A DNA stretch of 64,000 nt, from assembly GCA_963697165.1 (NCBI GenBank), contig CAVOMX010000025.1, positions 32,001 through 96,000 on the forward strand. Direction: 5' to 3'. The number at the start of each line of letters is the position of its first letter. Within the stretch, counting starts at the first letter, position 1. A program made the position numbers and the translations under genes. This stretch comes from Candidatus Bathyarchaeota archaeon (GTDB lineage Archaea; Thermoproteota; Bathyarchaeia; Bathyarchaeales; Bathyarchaeaceae). The notes under the pieces were generated by a model. The model saw only the letters and a list, made by a program, of their open reading frames with translations. It was not told where the DNA came from and searched no databases. Of this stretch, positions 54,110 through 64,000 are shown piece after piece.

Positions 54110-54988
54110 GAAATTAGAGCAGCCCTTTTTCTGCCAGAATACTGAAATTCTTCCCACAACAGCTTTTCGCCGCTCTTCAACTTCGCTAATGCCCTCTCCT
54201 CCAGATCTTTCTGAAGTTCGCCTTTACGTTCAGCCTGCTTTTTGTCCGCGGTTTCCTTCAATTCTTGTTCGATTGCTTTTATTGTTTCCATTAACTCGAC
54301 GCATTTTTCGTGTTTCTGTTGGGCTTGTTGTCGGGTTTCCACATATTTTTGGTGCGCCTCATTAGCCTCAGCTTGGAGGTCACGGGCTTTCTCTAAGACT
54401 CCAATCATTTGCAGATGATATTTTTGGCTTTGTTCAGCCAGTTCAGTCATTTTTTCGTGAATCGTCTTTGCTTCTGTTCCAAAGCCTTCTGTTCGGTTCG
54501 CAACTCGAATAGTTTGTCTTTCACTTTTTTTATTCGCTTTTGAACAACAAGCTGGGTTTCAAGCTCTCGTATCTGATTAATTAGTTCCTGTTCTTCCTTT
54601 ACGGGGAGCGAGTTTGTTTGAATTTCCCAATCGAGCTTTTCAATTTCTCTCGTTACCTGCCGCAGGTTTCCATCAGGTCGCTTTTCATTTAGCGCCCATA
54701 ATTTTTTCTTGCAATTCCGAAACTTTTTCGCGTTTCTCTTTGCCTTTGCTGCTCACTTGATCGCGCAGGTTTTTCAGTTCTTGGACTTGATTGTTTATGG
54801 CGTCTCTTTTTTCTTTGATGCTGTTTGCTTCTTTTCGTAGGTTTTGGACTTTTTCGTTGAGTTTATTTCTTTTTTCAACCCACTTTTTTGATTCTATGTT
54901 AAGGTTGTTTCTTTCTTCTTTGATCGGAATTAATTCTTGGTTTAGGGTTTCGAGTTTGTTTTTAGTGGAGTCAGATATTTTTATTCAC
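54110..54988 (-). CDS. Archaeal coiled-coil protein (COG1340-like), frameshifted; ends approximate
   Basis: Heptad-rich; LDWEIQT..L....EQELI; KLKSGEKL.WEEF tail. Confidence 0.75.
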
Positions 54989-55084
54989 GTCCTATGCAGT
55001 GGTTAGCTTCGGCAAGGTTTTTCTTGAGTTAATGTTATCTTTTTGATTAGTTTGAAAAGGATGTGACATTCTAAAATAAGAGGT

Positions 55085-55793
55085 TTATTCCAGTATGATT
55101 CTTGCATCGACCGTTTTTGCTCCATTCTCGTAGACCATTACTGGATTTAGGTCGAGTTCTTTTATTTCTTGGTGATCCATAACCAGCCTTGATGTGCTTA
55201 GCAGGATTTTTTCTAATGTGTCGATGTCGGCTGGTGGTTGACCTCTGTATCCTCGGAGGAGGGGATATGCTTTCACTTCTGAGATCATCTCTTTGGCTTC
55301 CTCTTCATTTATTGGAGCAATTCTGAATGAAACGTCTTTCAGTAATTCCACGAAGGTTCCGCCAAAGCCGAACATCAATGTTGGTCCAAATTGTGCATCT
55401 TTAATTGCTCCCACTATAACTTCTATTGAGCAGGGCGCCATCTCCTGAACTAGGATGCCATCAATTTTTGCGTTTGGGTTATGTTTCTTTACGTTCTCCC
55501 CAATTTGGCTGTAGGCTTTTTTGGCTTCCTCGCGACTGTTGATGTTGAGGATTACTCCGCCTACGTCAAATTTGTGGATTACATCTGGTGAGATAATTTT
55601 GAAGACTGTAGGGTATCCGATTTCCTCGGAATACTTTGCTGCCTCTTCGGCGGTTTTTGCTATCTTCAATGCTGGTAACGGGTATTCCGTATTCTTTACA
55701 AACAGTTTTGGCTTCATGCTCAAGGAGGAATTTTCGTCCTTCTGTTCTGGCTTGTCCAAAGATTTTGGTAATTTTTTCCGACAATGTTAACAA
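55085..55793 (-). CDS. acdB: ADP-forming acyl-CoA synthetase beta subunit (ATP-grasp), frameshifted
   Basis: LLEHEAK...YGIP; KIISPD..HK.DVGGV; FGP..MFG.GG..VE...D; ELDLNP; VDAR. Confidence 0.88.
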
Positions 55794-55991
55794 CCTGTTT
55801 CTTGGCTGCAGAGAGGTAGGTAAGCTTTTCCCCTTTCTAACTCTTTCGCATATTTTAACGAAGTCCTACTTTTTTGTTATCGGTTTTCCTGAAAAAAGCT
55901 AGTTTTCAACAATGTTCTGTTTTTAGTCTTCTAATATGCGGTTTTGTTTGTGCCAGTTTTGGCTTTCTTGCCAGATCTAGAAGGGAAGTTG

Positions 55992-56146
55992 TGGTCGGGC
56001 GGGCGGGATTTGAACCTGCGACAGTCCGGTTTCTGTACGCTTGATAGGCTAAATGATGCCCACCATACGGGTAGACTTCTACAGCGTCTCCGTCAGCCTC
56101 GATATTAGGCTGGCTCGGAAGCTCTACCAAGCTGAGCTACCGCCCG
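55992..56146 (-). tRNA. tRNA-Tyr(GTA) with two introns (30/31: 56086-56115; 37/38: 56031-56078)
   Basis: C1:G72, A73, CCA. Removing both introns gives TCCGG-CT-GTA-GA-CCGGA and a 77-nt cloverleaf. BHB motifs at the junctions. Confidence 0.9.
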
Positions 56147-56335
56147 ACAGACTTTTACAACGTAAATATTACAATTTATGCGTTTCGTTACATTTCAACA
56201 AATTACGGGTGACGGTGTGCTTGTGTTTGCCGCAGTTATCTTTATGCTTCTTGGGTTGCGCATTCAAGACTGTCTGTTTGTTTTGTGTAGAAAATGGGAA
56301 CAAAAAAATTAGTGTGCCCCAATTTTTGGGGACAG

Positions 56336-56500
56336 TTATTTACTGAGTTCTTGAATGTGTTCGTTTACAGCCGCAAGTTCTTTCTTTAGTTCTTCTGCGT
56401 AATTGTTTAGTTTCTCGACTTTTTCTGCTTTGGTTAACACTTTTCGGGGTCCATGTCCATGGTCGTGACAGTCTGAACCGCAACTACAGCTTCCGCACAT
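56336..56500 (-). CDS. Small Cys/His-rich protein with C-terminal coiled coil (DUF5320-like), 54 aa
   Basis: MCGSCSCGSDCHDHGHGPRKVLTKAEKVEKLNNYAEELKKELAAVNEHIQELSK, GGAGGTG RBS. Missed by the ORF track. Confidence 0.8.
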   Translation of the reverse strand: MCGSCSCGSDCHDHGHGPRKVLTKAEKVEKLNNYAEELKKELAAVNEHIQELSK

Positions 56501-56607
56501 GTTTTTTGTTCACCTCCAATTTTACACATAAATGATGTTCAAAGTAAAGTATTTAAACTATCCAATTTATAGTAACACAGTCACTATCCTCAACGAAAGC
56601 GAATATC

Positions 56608-57006
56608 ATGTGTGAAAAAGAGGAACAACCCTGCCTTTGCCCTCTTAAAGGCGTCATCGACCTAATCAGCAAAAAATGGGCGCTTCTTATCATCAACGCA
56701 TTAGGCAACTGCGGAAAGCTACGATTCAACAAAATCATGGAAACTTTAAGAGGAATAAGCCCAAAAACACTGTCAGATACGCTAAAAGAACTCCAAGCAG
56801 AAGGCTTAATCAAGCGAGAATCATTTGCCGAGATACCGCCACGAGTTGAATACTCACTAACAAAGGATGGAGCAGGACTCAGAAAATCTATTATACCACT
56901 TTTAGAATGGACTGCAAACAGAAGCAGCATAAACAAAGAGCGGTGCGAGAATTGTCCCCCGCAAATACGCACACGCTATAAAGCAAATTTAGGTGAACAG
57001 AAATGA
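56608..57006 (+). CDS. HxlR-family wHTH regulator
   Basis: CP...KKWALLII...LRFN...ISPKTLS..LKEL...PPRVEYSLT. Confidence 0.9.
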   Translation: MCEKEEQPCLCPLKGVIDLISKKWALLIINALGNCGKLRFNKIMETLRGISPKTLSDTLKELQAEGLIKRESFAEIPPRVEYSLTKDGAGLRKSIIPLLEWTANRSSINKERCENCPPQIRTRYKANLGEQK

Positions 57007-58102
57007 ACCGTGAACAAATTCATGAAGTTTTGTCAGATTATGACCCCAAAGAAATAAAGATAGGCGTGCTTGGGTCTCACTCTGCCCTAGAGATGGGTCA
57101 TGGCGCCAAGCAGGAAGGATTCGAAGTAGTTGTTGTGTGCCAGAAGGGAAGAGAAAAAACCTACACGAAACACTACAGAAACCTGTTTGACCACGTTCTG
57201 CTGGTAGACAAATTCTCCGACATAATAAAAGAAGAAAACCAAGCCAAACTGCGAAGATTAAACACTATTTTTGTTCCGAACAGATCATTCTCAGTTTACA
57301 CAGGCTACGACAACATCGAACAGAAGTTCAAGGTTCCACTCCTAGGAAACAGGTTCATGCTCAGAAGCGAAGAAAGAAACGTTCCCAGAAACCAGTATGA
57401 CCTAATCAGGCAAGCTGGATTAAATTTGCCCAAAATTTTTGGTTCACCAGAAGAAATCGACCGATTAGCGATAGTGAAGGTTCCTGAGAAAACAAGAAGC
57501 ATAGAACGCGCCTTCTTTTACGCTTCGTCTCCCGAAGAATTCAAGAAAAGGTCCGAAGAACGGATAAAAAAGGGCATAATCGACCGAGAAGACTTGAAAG
57601 AATCAGTCATCGAAGAGTACATTGTTGGAGCAAAATTCAACGCAAACTACTTCTACTCTCCAATAACCAGACGAAATAGACCTTCTAGGATTCGACAGAA
57701 GAATACAAACAAACCTCGACGGAGTCCTGGATTTACCCGCAGACGAACAACTAGAAGCAAAACTGCCAACACAAAACGTCGAAATCGGACACATGGGCGC
57801 AACAATGCGAGAATCACAACTAGAAAAAATCTTGGACGCAGGTGAAAAATTTGTTGAAACATGCAAAAAAGAGTACCCGCCAGGAATAATCGGCTTGTTT
57901 GCATTGCAGGGTGCCGTGAACAAGAATTTGGAGTTCTACATTTTTGATGTAAGCCCAAGAATACCCGGCTGCCCATGCGTAGAACCGACGTCTCCATATA
58001 TGAAGTACAAGTATGGCATGGCGGTTGGTCCGGGAAGAAGAGTGGCAATGGAGATTAAGAACAGCGGTTGCGGAAAACAAGCTTGAGATGATAGTCACGT
58101 GA
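57003..58102 (+). CDS. PurP-family formate-dependent ligase (paralog 1), frameshifted
   Basis: LGSHSAL, VPNRSF, ERAFF; GH...TMRES, GLFALQG, DVSPRIPG, GRRVAMEIK in the next frame. Confidence 0.88.
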
Positions 58103-59190
58103 TACCAAAAACCGTAATAAACAAGATTCTGGGTGACTATGACAGCAAAAACATTACGGTAGGCACAATTGGCTCCCACTCTGCACTCAACATATTCAAG
58201 GGAGCAAAAGAAGAAGGCTTCAACACAGTTTGTGTCTGCAAGAAAGAAAGCGAAATCGTTTACAAACGCTTTCCTCTGGCAGACCAAATTATCACGGTTA
58301 AAGAGTATGGCGAACTTTTGGATGAGAACGTCCAGCAGAAACTGAGACAGGAAAACACGATTCTGGTTCCGCATGGATCATTTAATGCATATGTTGGAAC
58401 AGACCAGATGATCGACAAATTAGAGGTGCCATTGTTTGGCAACAGAGAGCTTCTGCACTGGGAAACGGATAGAGAAAGGCAGAGAGAATGGTTAAAAAAA
58501 GCGGGTTTAAGGTTGCCCAAGACCTTCGAAAATCCAGAGGATATTGAGGGACTGGTTATCGCAAAGTTTCCGGGCGCAATGGGTGGAAAAGGTTACTTCA
58601 TCGTGGAGTCTCCCAGAGGTCATTTCACAAAAAAGCGAAAGACATGATAAAACGAGGACACATAAGCAAACAAAATTTGGAAAACATCCACCTTCAAGAA
58701 TACGTGATAGGAGTAAACGTTTATCCACTATACTTCTATTCGCCACTGACACATGAAGTTGAACTATTGGGAATGGACAGACGATACGAAACCACCGTCG
58801 ACAGCATAGGAAAGATACCAGCAAAAGAGCAAATGGAAATCAACGTGAACCCAACATACACTGTCGTAGGCAATTTCCCTATTGTTGCCAGAGAGTCGCT
58901 TCTGCCAGAAATTCTCAGAATGGGCGAAAAAGTAGTTGAAGAATCCAAGAAGATTGCCCCTCCAGGAATCATAGGACCCTTCTGCCTAGAAACGGTAATC
59001 ACAGATAACCTAGAAATGTTCACGTTCGAGATTTCTGCCAGAATAGTTGCAGGAAGCAATGTGGGCATCGGCACTTCCCCATACGCCTACCTGAAGTATG
59101 GCGAAGGAATGTACATGGGTAGAAGAATTGCCCGAGAAATAAAAAACGCAATAGCCAACAACGAACTAGAAAAAGTCGTGTATTACTTTA
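58099..59190 (+). CDS. purP: FAICAR synthetase PurP, frameshifted near 58620; end approximate
   Basis: IGSHSAL, PHGSF, GA.GGKGYF, QEYV.G, DRRYE, RESLL, FEISARIVAG, GRRIAREIK. Confidence 0.88.
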
Positions 59191-59193
59191 GGC

Positions 59194-59391
59194 TTATTTT
59201 TGGCTCATTCTTGTTTTCATTTCGTGCTCAAGTATGCCACGGTAGAGTATAAGCGGTGCAATCTGTTCATTGGGCGCAGTTTCTGCAATCTTCTTTGTTA
59301 TGTTTTCGTCCAAACGTTTCTTGTAAGCTTGAAGTTCAGCCAAACATAGGCCCTTGAGTTTGGTTTCAAAATAGTTCACAGGGTCACTCAT
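59194..59391 (-). CDS. Small helical hypothetical protein
   Basis: MSDPVNYFETKLK...LYRGILEHE; GTGA RBS. Confidence 0.65.
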   Translation of the reverse strand: MSDPVNYFETKLKGLCLAELQAYKKRLDENITKKIAETAPNEQIAPLILYRGILEHEMKTRMSQK

Positions 59392-60129
59392 ACCAATCAC
59401 TTCTTGATCTAACAGATGTTCTGCATTAATGTAGCAAATTAATTGTTATATACTTATGTGACGAAGAAATTCGTGTAAAAACTTAAATTCGTTTACACTT
59501 AAGAAGCGGCATCAATAATTCGCTGGAGGAAATTACTAAAGTGGTAACTGCAGAATCTATAGACAAAATAATTGATGTGTCAGAAGAAAATGACCTGGAG
59601 TTTTCAGAAAAATACCCGAAATCAGCAAAAAAATGACCCTGTTCTAATGGCATGTATTGCTCCATATGTGGAATTAAAAAGTTCTCCCAAAAAAACAGTA
59701 GGCATTGGAGAATAAGCCACCTCACAGAATACTATATGTCCAATCCACTACAATTAAGCAACTAATCAGGATGGAGCATCCAAAACTCATTCACAAAAGC
59801 AGGAATGGCACTAGGTTCACAAAACGTAGACAAATATGTAAAAACTGTTTGACACAGTTACGTTCCGAAACTTCTAAGACCAATAGAACAACTAACAAAA
59901 TAGAACATAAGACCTAACAATACAAGGTTTTTCCTTTGTCGTCTTCTCAGTCTTTGTTCAATCACAAGTTATTCTCACAATAGACTTGATCCACTCATCA
60001 CTAAATGGACTGCCCACATAGGAAAAAAACACCAAAAAACAAGAGCATACAGTATACTAGAGAAAAGTGAACTCTAGACATAGCAGTTTCTGGGTCAATT
60101 AAATTGGCTATTTTATCTGATTGTCCAAA

Positions 60130-60701
60130 GTTGTTAAGGGCTAAACGTCTTTTTCTTTTGTGCCAGTTATGCCTTGGACGATTCTTGCTATTCCATTGAA
60201 CATGAAAGTGAATGAAAGCATCAGAACCAGAGCAAGTAAGCCAAACTCGGTAGGATACAAAGACTACAGCAGCCAATACTGACTGTAACGATAAGCCCAC
60301 GACAATAAAGAAGCCTCTGAGCCAGTTGGGAAAGGCTCTAGCGAATCCGCCGATTACAAGTCTTGCAACTCCGTTAAGCAGCAGAACAAGGGACAGGATA
60401 TAAATCAGCACTTGGGCGGTAAGATTTGGATATAAAATTGCAACAATCGACAATACCATGGCTACCATGCCTACACCAAAGTTAAGTGCACGTATCTTGT
60501 CGGAAAGATATTTTGCGAATATTCCATTTAGGATTCTAGCAATTCCAGTAACCAGCAAGGACAATTGAAAGAACAAGAATCATTGTTAAGATGGCAAGTT
60601 CCTGATAGGACCAAAACTACAACCGACAAAACTACTGCAATCAAACCAAAGACAATATCAAAAGCACGTAGCCAATTTGGAGCCTTATGTTCTTGCATCA
60701 T
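60130..60701 (-). CDS. HdeD/DUF308-like membrane protein, multiply frameshifted; ends approximate
   Basis: Repeated PNWLR...G and GIARI..G hydrophobic units. Confidence 0.7.
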
Positions 60702-60758
60702 TAACTCCACAAAAGTCAAATATGGTCTAAAATCGTTAAAAGATTTGCCGTATCTAGG

Positions 60759-61245
60759 CTACTGTTTGTCGTATTCTTCAACCTGATTGTTCATGACAAC
60801 CAACTCGACACCTGCAAGCTTGAACATTTTTATTGTATCTTTGTCCGCATGGTAATGCTTCTCGCAAACAACACGTCTGATTCCAGAATTGACTATAATC
60901 ATGGCACAAGTCCTGCACGGCGTCATCTTGCAGTAAAGCGTGGAGCCATCAAGTGGGATTCCAAATTTTGCAGCCTGAATAATTGCATTCTGTTCTGCAT
61001 GCAAAGTGCGTACACAGTGATTGCGAAACGTTTCCCTGATCATCAAAGACTTTTCTCATGTCATGACCTGCCTCATCGCAGTGTGGTAGCCCTGCAGGTG
61101 CGCCAACGTAGCCTGTTGTCATGATTCTGCGGTCTTTGACGATTACGCAACCTGCTCTGCCCCTGTCGCAGGTGGCACGCTTGGAAACTGCTTCACATAA
61201 ATCTAGAAAATATCTGTCCCAGTCAGGTCGCTCTTTACAGTCCAT
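60759..61245 (-). CDS. dCMP deaminase-family protein, frameshifted near 61035
   Basis: RPDWD.YF...R.TC.R, TGY.G.P...HC; HAEQNAI, PCRTC. Confidence 0.9.
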
Positions 61246-61402
61246 TTTGCATCTCCAGCTTTCGAATATACACCTACAAGGGCATGGAATAAAACTGTTT
61301 TTTCCCGTATCAAAGATAGATTGGGGTCCAGGTTAATGGCTTAGTGCCACAAGAAATCTTTCATAGAATATTACGATACAATATATTTGGAGAGTGCAAA
61401 CA

Positions 61403-61681
61403 ATGGGACCAATCCTGTGCCCAGAATGCGAATCAAACTATCTAGCATGGAGCAAAGACAGATTCGTTGTATGCGACAAATGCGGATTCAAAGTAGACGT
61501 AAACGGTGACCCCTTTGAGTAGATGCGAAAGAAAGCCAAAGAAATCGAAGAATGGGAACAAAACAGCCCCTGCAACAGCTGCGTATTCAATAACCACTGC
61601 AAACAAGGAGTGCAACAAAACAAAAACAGCACATGGAAAAGAAGAAAACAGCAGTTCTGCATGCCCAAAGCAGTAATCTAG
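61403..61681 (+). CDS. Zn-ribbon/Cys-rich small protein(s); two in-frame ORFs separated by one TAG
   Basis: MGPILCPECES...CDKCG...DPFE*MRKKAKE...PCNSC.....C...FC; TAG 61520-61522 is directly followed by ATG. Confidence 0.6.
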
Positions 61682-61772
61682 AGCCCAAACAAAAAGACAC
61701 AGATTTTTTCATCGACGAGCCAACCTTCAATACTGTTAAATATTGTCTTTGATTCAAACGATAGAAAGAGAG

Positions 61773-61866
61773 GGGCCGGTAGTTCAGTTCGGTATGAACG
61801 CCGCCTTCGCATGCCTTTGGCAGAAAGAGGCGGATGCCGCGGGTTCAAATCCCGCCCGGTCCACCA
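61773..61866 (+). tRNA. tRNA-Ala(CGC) with a 16-nt 37/38 intron (61812-61827)
   Basis: G3:U70 in GGGCCGG/CCGGTCC, A73, CCA; CCGCC-TT-CGC-A[intron]A-GGCGG. Confidence 0.92.
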
Positions 61867-61869
61867 TCA

Positions 61870-62432
61870 GTTTAAGTTTTAATTGAAGCGAGTTCAGGAG
61901 GTTTTGTTTCTTGTTCCGCGTAATCGCCATGCTTCACCCAATCTGGAGTAGACTAATCTGTGCGGGAATGATGTTGATTAGTGCTTGGGTTCCATTCATT
62001 ATGGCCAGCGCAGGCAGAATACCAACCACAAATGATACGGGCATAGACATAGAATACTGGGAGCAGGTAGTAATTTGCCACAGTCATTGCGAGAACTCTG
62101 GAACTGACTGCTGCAATTGATTTTGATACGAAGCCTCTTTGGATTGCAGCAAACGCCAAGATGGTTGCTAATTCAGCTATGAGTTTTGAATATGCCGCCG
62201 TAAACATTTCCTCGAATGAAAATAAATGAGCAGCCAATTAGGCAAGTGTAGAGTGCGCCGATGGGACCAGTGAAGAGCAGGCTGATCATCATGGGCATTC
62301 CAGTTAGGTCCCATGAGACTCGTGTCGTAAAGTGGAAAGGGAATGTCAAATGGGGGTCCAGGTATTATTTCGAATACTGCCGACAAGAGCTCCTAGTATG
62401 CTAGCTAACGCAAGTTTTCTGGTGTCTAGTAT
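61870..62432 (-). CDS. ECF transporter S-component-like membrane protein, multiply frameshifted
   Basis: DTRKLALASILGAL...FDIPFP...; FKLIAELAT...SRVLAMTVANYYLLP. Confidence 0.7.
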
Positions 62433-62499
62433 CTGGAACGGCGTTTCACCTTTAGAGAAGAAGAGGGTGTGTGCTAAATAATATTTATGTTTTTTGCAA

Positions 62500-62837
62500 A
62501 ATGATATGTCTTTTTTGTCAACTAATATTAGCGGGTTCAGAGCATTTTTTTGACGGTTTGAACACACTCTTTAATCAGTTCACGCATTTTTCAGGTAAAT
62601 CACCCGCGAACGTCCAACCTCGTAAACTCCAACAAGTCCGCTCTCCTCTAGGACTCTGATGTGGCGATAAACCGCTGCGTAGTCCTTCTTTAGCACCTTA
62701 GATACAGCTTTTATGTGAAGGGGTCTCTCGGTTTCGCTTACAAGCTCAATTATCTTCAATCTTGTAGGGCTACCCAATGCGCTGAATATGCCGGAAACTT
62801 GGCGTAATCTCTGTTCGTCAATCACAGCGTAAACCAC
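62500..62837 (-). CDS. ArsR-family HTH regulator (C-terminal frameshift; end approximate)
   Basis: FSALGSPTRLKII...YRHIRVLEESGLV...GRSR. Confidence 0.8.
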
Positions 62838-62934
62838 TTTTATTGTATATGCATCTAATTTATGACATTTTCGCTAAACATCGCAACAGAACACCAAACA
62901 AACTGTAACAACAAAAGAAATATTGGATAGGCTA

Positions 62935-64000
62935 CTAAGAACCGAAAAAGTTTGTTAACTGTTTTTGCAGTGACTCCTTTTTCGTGAGGCTTGAGAGTTT
63001 GACGCCTACTCTTCTTGCCTCAACATCGGATTCGTTTAGAAACTTTTCCAGAAGTTCTATCACAGTCGTTTTGAATGTTTTCAAGTTGCTTGTTGGGTTT
63101 TCGAAGGTCTTGGATCTGCTGTGAACACTAAGGTTGCTGGCAACGACATATATGTTCACTGACCTGTAGAGTAGTCCCTGACTCATTAGCCTAGCGTGAA
63201 CGTCATCGCATAGCCGGTAAGCTTCATCGAGTATAACCGCCAAGTCTCTCGTGTCCTTTTTGAGAGTGGAGATTCGGCTTACAGATTCAGGTTCGTTTCG
63301 TTCCTGAACAGGCTCACCATCCACCCCCAAAGACGCGTTATGAAAGTAGGTTCCTATTTTTCTTCCAAAAACATCGATTAGCCGTTGCACATCAAACTTT
63401 GCCAACTGACCGACAGTTCTGATGCCCAAAGTTTCCATCTTCTTTTCAGTCTGTTTTCCTACACCTAATAGACGACGGGTAGGCAAAGCCGACAAAAAAC
63501 TGTTTACTTGCTGGGGTGTAACCAGTGTTAAGCCGTCAGGTTTCTGGATGTCGGCGGCTATCTTGGCGATGAGCTTGTTTGGTCCAACACCGACAGAGCA
63601 TGTGAGCTGCTGTTGAGTCAAAATGTCGTCTTTTATTGTTGCCGCCAGTTGCTTTACTTCGTGGTAGTTTGTTTTTGTTCTTTTTGTCACATCTAGGTAG
63701 GCTTCATCTACACTAACCTGCTCGAAACGATCAGCATAGATTCTGAGAATCTCCATTACACTTTCCGAAATTTCCTTGTAGAATTCCTTATCTACAGGCA
63801 AAAAGACTGCATCTACGTCTTCGAGCTTCTTTTTGGCTAACGATATTGGGATTCCAGATTTTACGCCATACTTTCGTGCAACATAGTTTGCTGTGCTTAC
63901 GACTCCGCTGTCTTCTGTGCGACCCGAATAAACGCAAACAACCACGGGTTTGCCCTTTATGGACGGGTTTCGTCTCTCCTCACATTGAGCATAAAAGTAG
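62935..64000 (-). CDS. dinB: Y-family DNA polymerase IV (Dbh/DinB); start lies outside the window
   Basis: YFYAQCEE at the window edge, STANY.ARKYGV.SG, SVDEAY, NKLIAK.A....KPDG, RRVGV. Confidence 0.95.
   Translation of the reverse strand, partial: YFYAQCEERRNPSIKGKPVVVCVYSGRTEDSGVVSTANYVARKYGVKSGIPISLAKKKLEDVDAVFLPVDKEFYKEISESVMEILRIYADRFEQVSVDEAYLDVTKRTKTNYHEVKQLAATIKDDILTQQQLTCSVGVGPNKLIAKIAADIQKPDGLTLVTPQQVNSFLSALPTRRLLGVGKQTEKKMETLGIRTVGQLAKFDVQRLIDVFGRKIGTYFHNASLGVDGEPVQERNEPESVSRISTLKKDTRDLAVILDEAYRLCDDVHARLMSQGLLYRSVNIYVVASNLSVHSRSKTFENPTSNLKTFKTTVIELLEKFLNESDVEARRVGVKLSSLTKKESLQKQLTNFFGS

Noticed and set aside
55906..56346. ORFs overlapping tRNA-Tyr
   Set aside because: Fully explained by the tRNA gene and its introns.
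46656..61245. Programmed frameshifting or mass pseudogenisation of tiaS, uppS, ychF, purP and others
   Set aside because: Too many unrelated and essential genes are affected, with no shared slippery motif; sequencing error is simpler.

Overview
A 64-kb archaeal chromosome window. Gene content and order (TFB, TFE, MBF1, aTrm56, TiaS, PurP pair, CDC48, BHB-intron tRNAs, no histidine kinases seen) fit a TACK archaeon, most likely Bathyarchaeia; this is an inference. The backbone is housekeeping. The main accessory region is a ~14.4-kb AT-rich island at 25223-39660 inserted into the 5' END of tRNA-Ser(GCT). Three copies of the att core show it is a tandem array of two elements. Element 1 has no integrase and carries a ~1200-aa amidohydrolase::CPAF-like S41 protease fusion and a divergent uracil-DNA-glycosylase-fold gene. 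Element 2 carries a tyrosine integrase, a 'GPVADPAP' peptide gene with a B12-radical SAM enzyme, a GH13 hydrolase and a collapsed contractile-injection-system locus (intact sheath, spike C-terminus only). A smaller islet at ~14.1-16.7 kb holds a HEPN-motif gene and a Cas1-like pseudogene that the ORF track missed. There are four tRNAs: Ser, Val, Tyr (two introns) and Ala (one intron). Many genes, especially beyond 40 kb, are split by 1-nt indels, including essential ones, so these are most likely assembly errors. All family assignments come from motif recognition by eye, not database searches.
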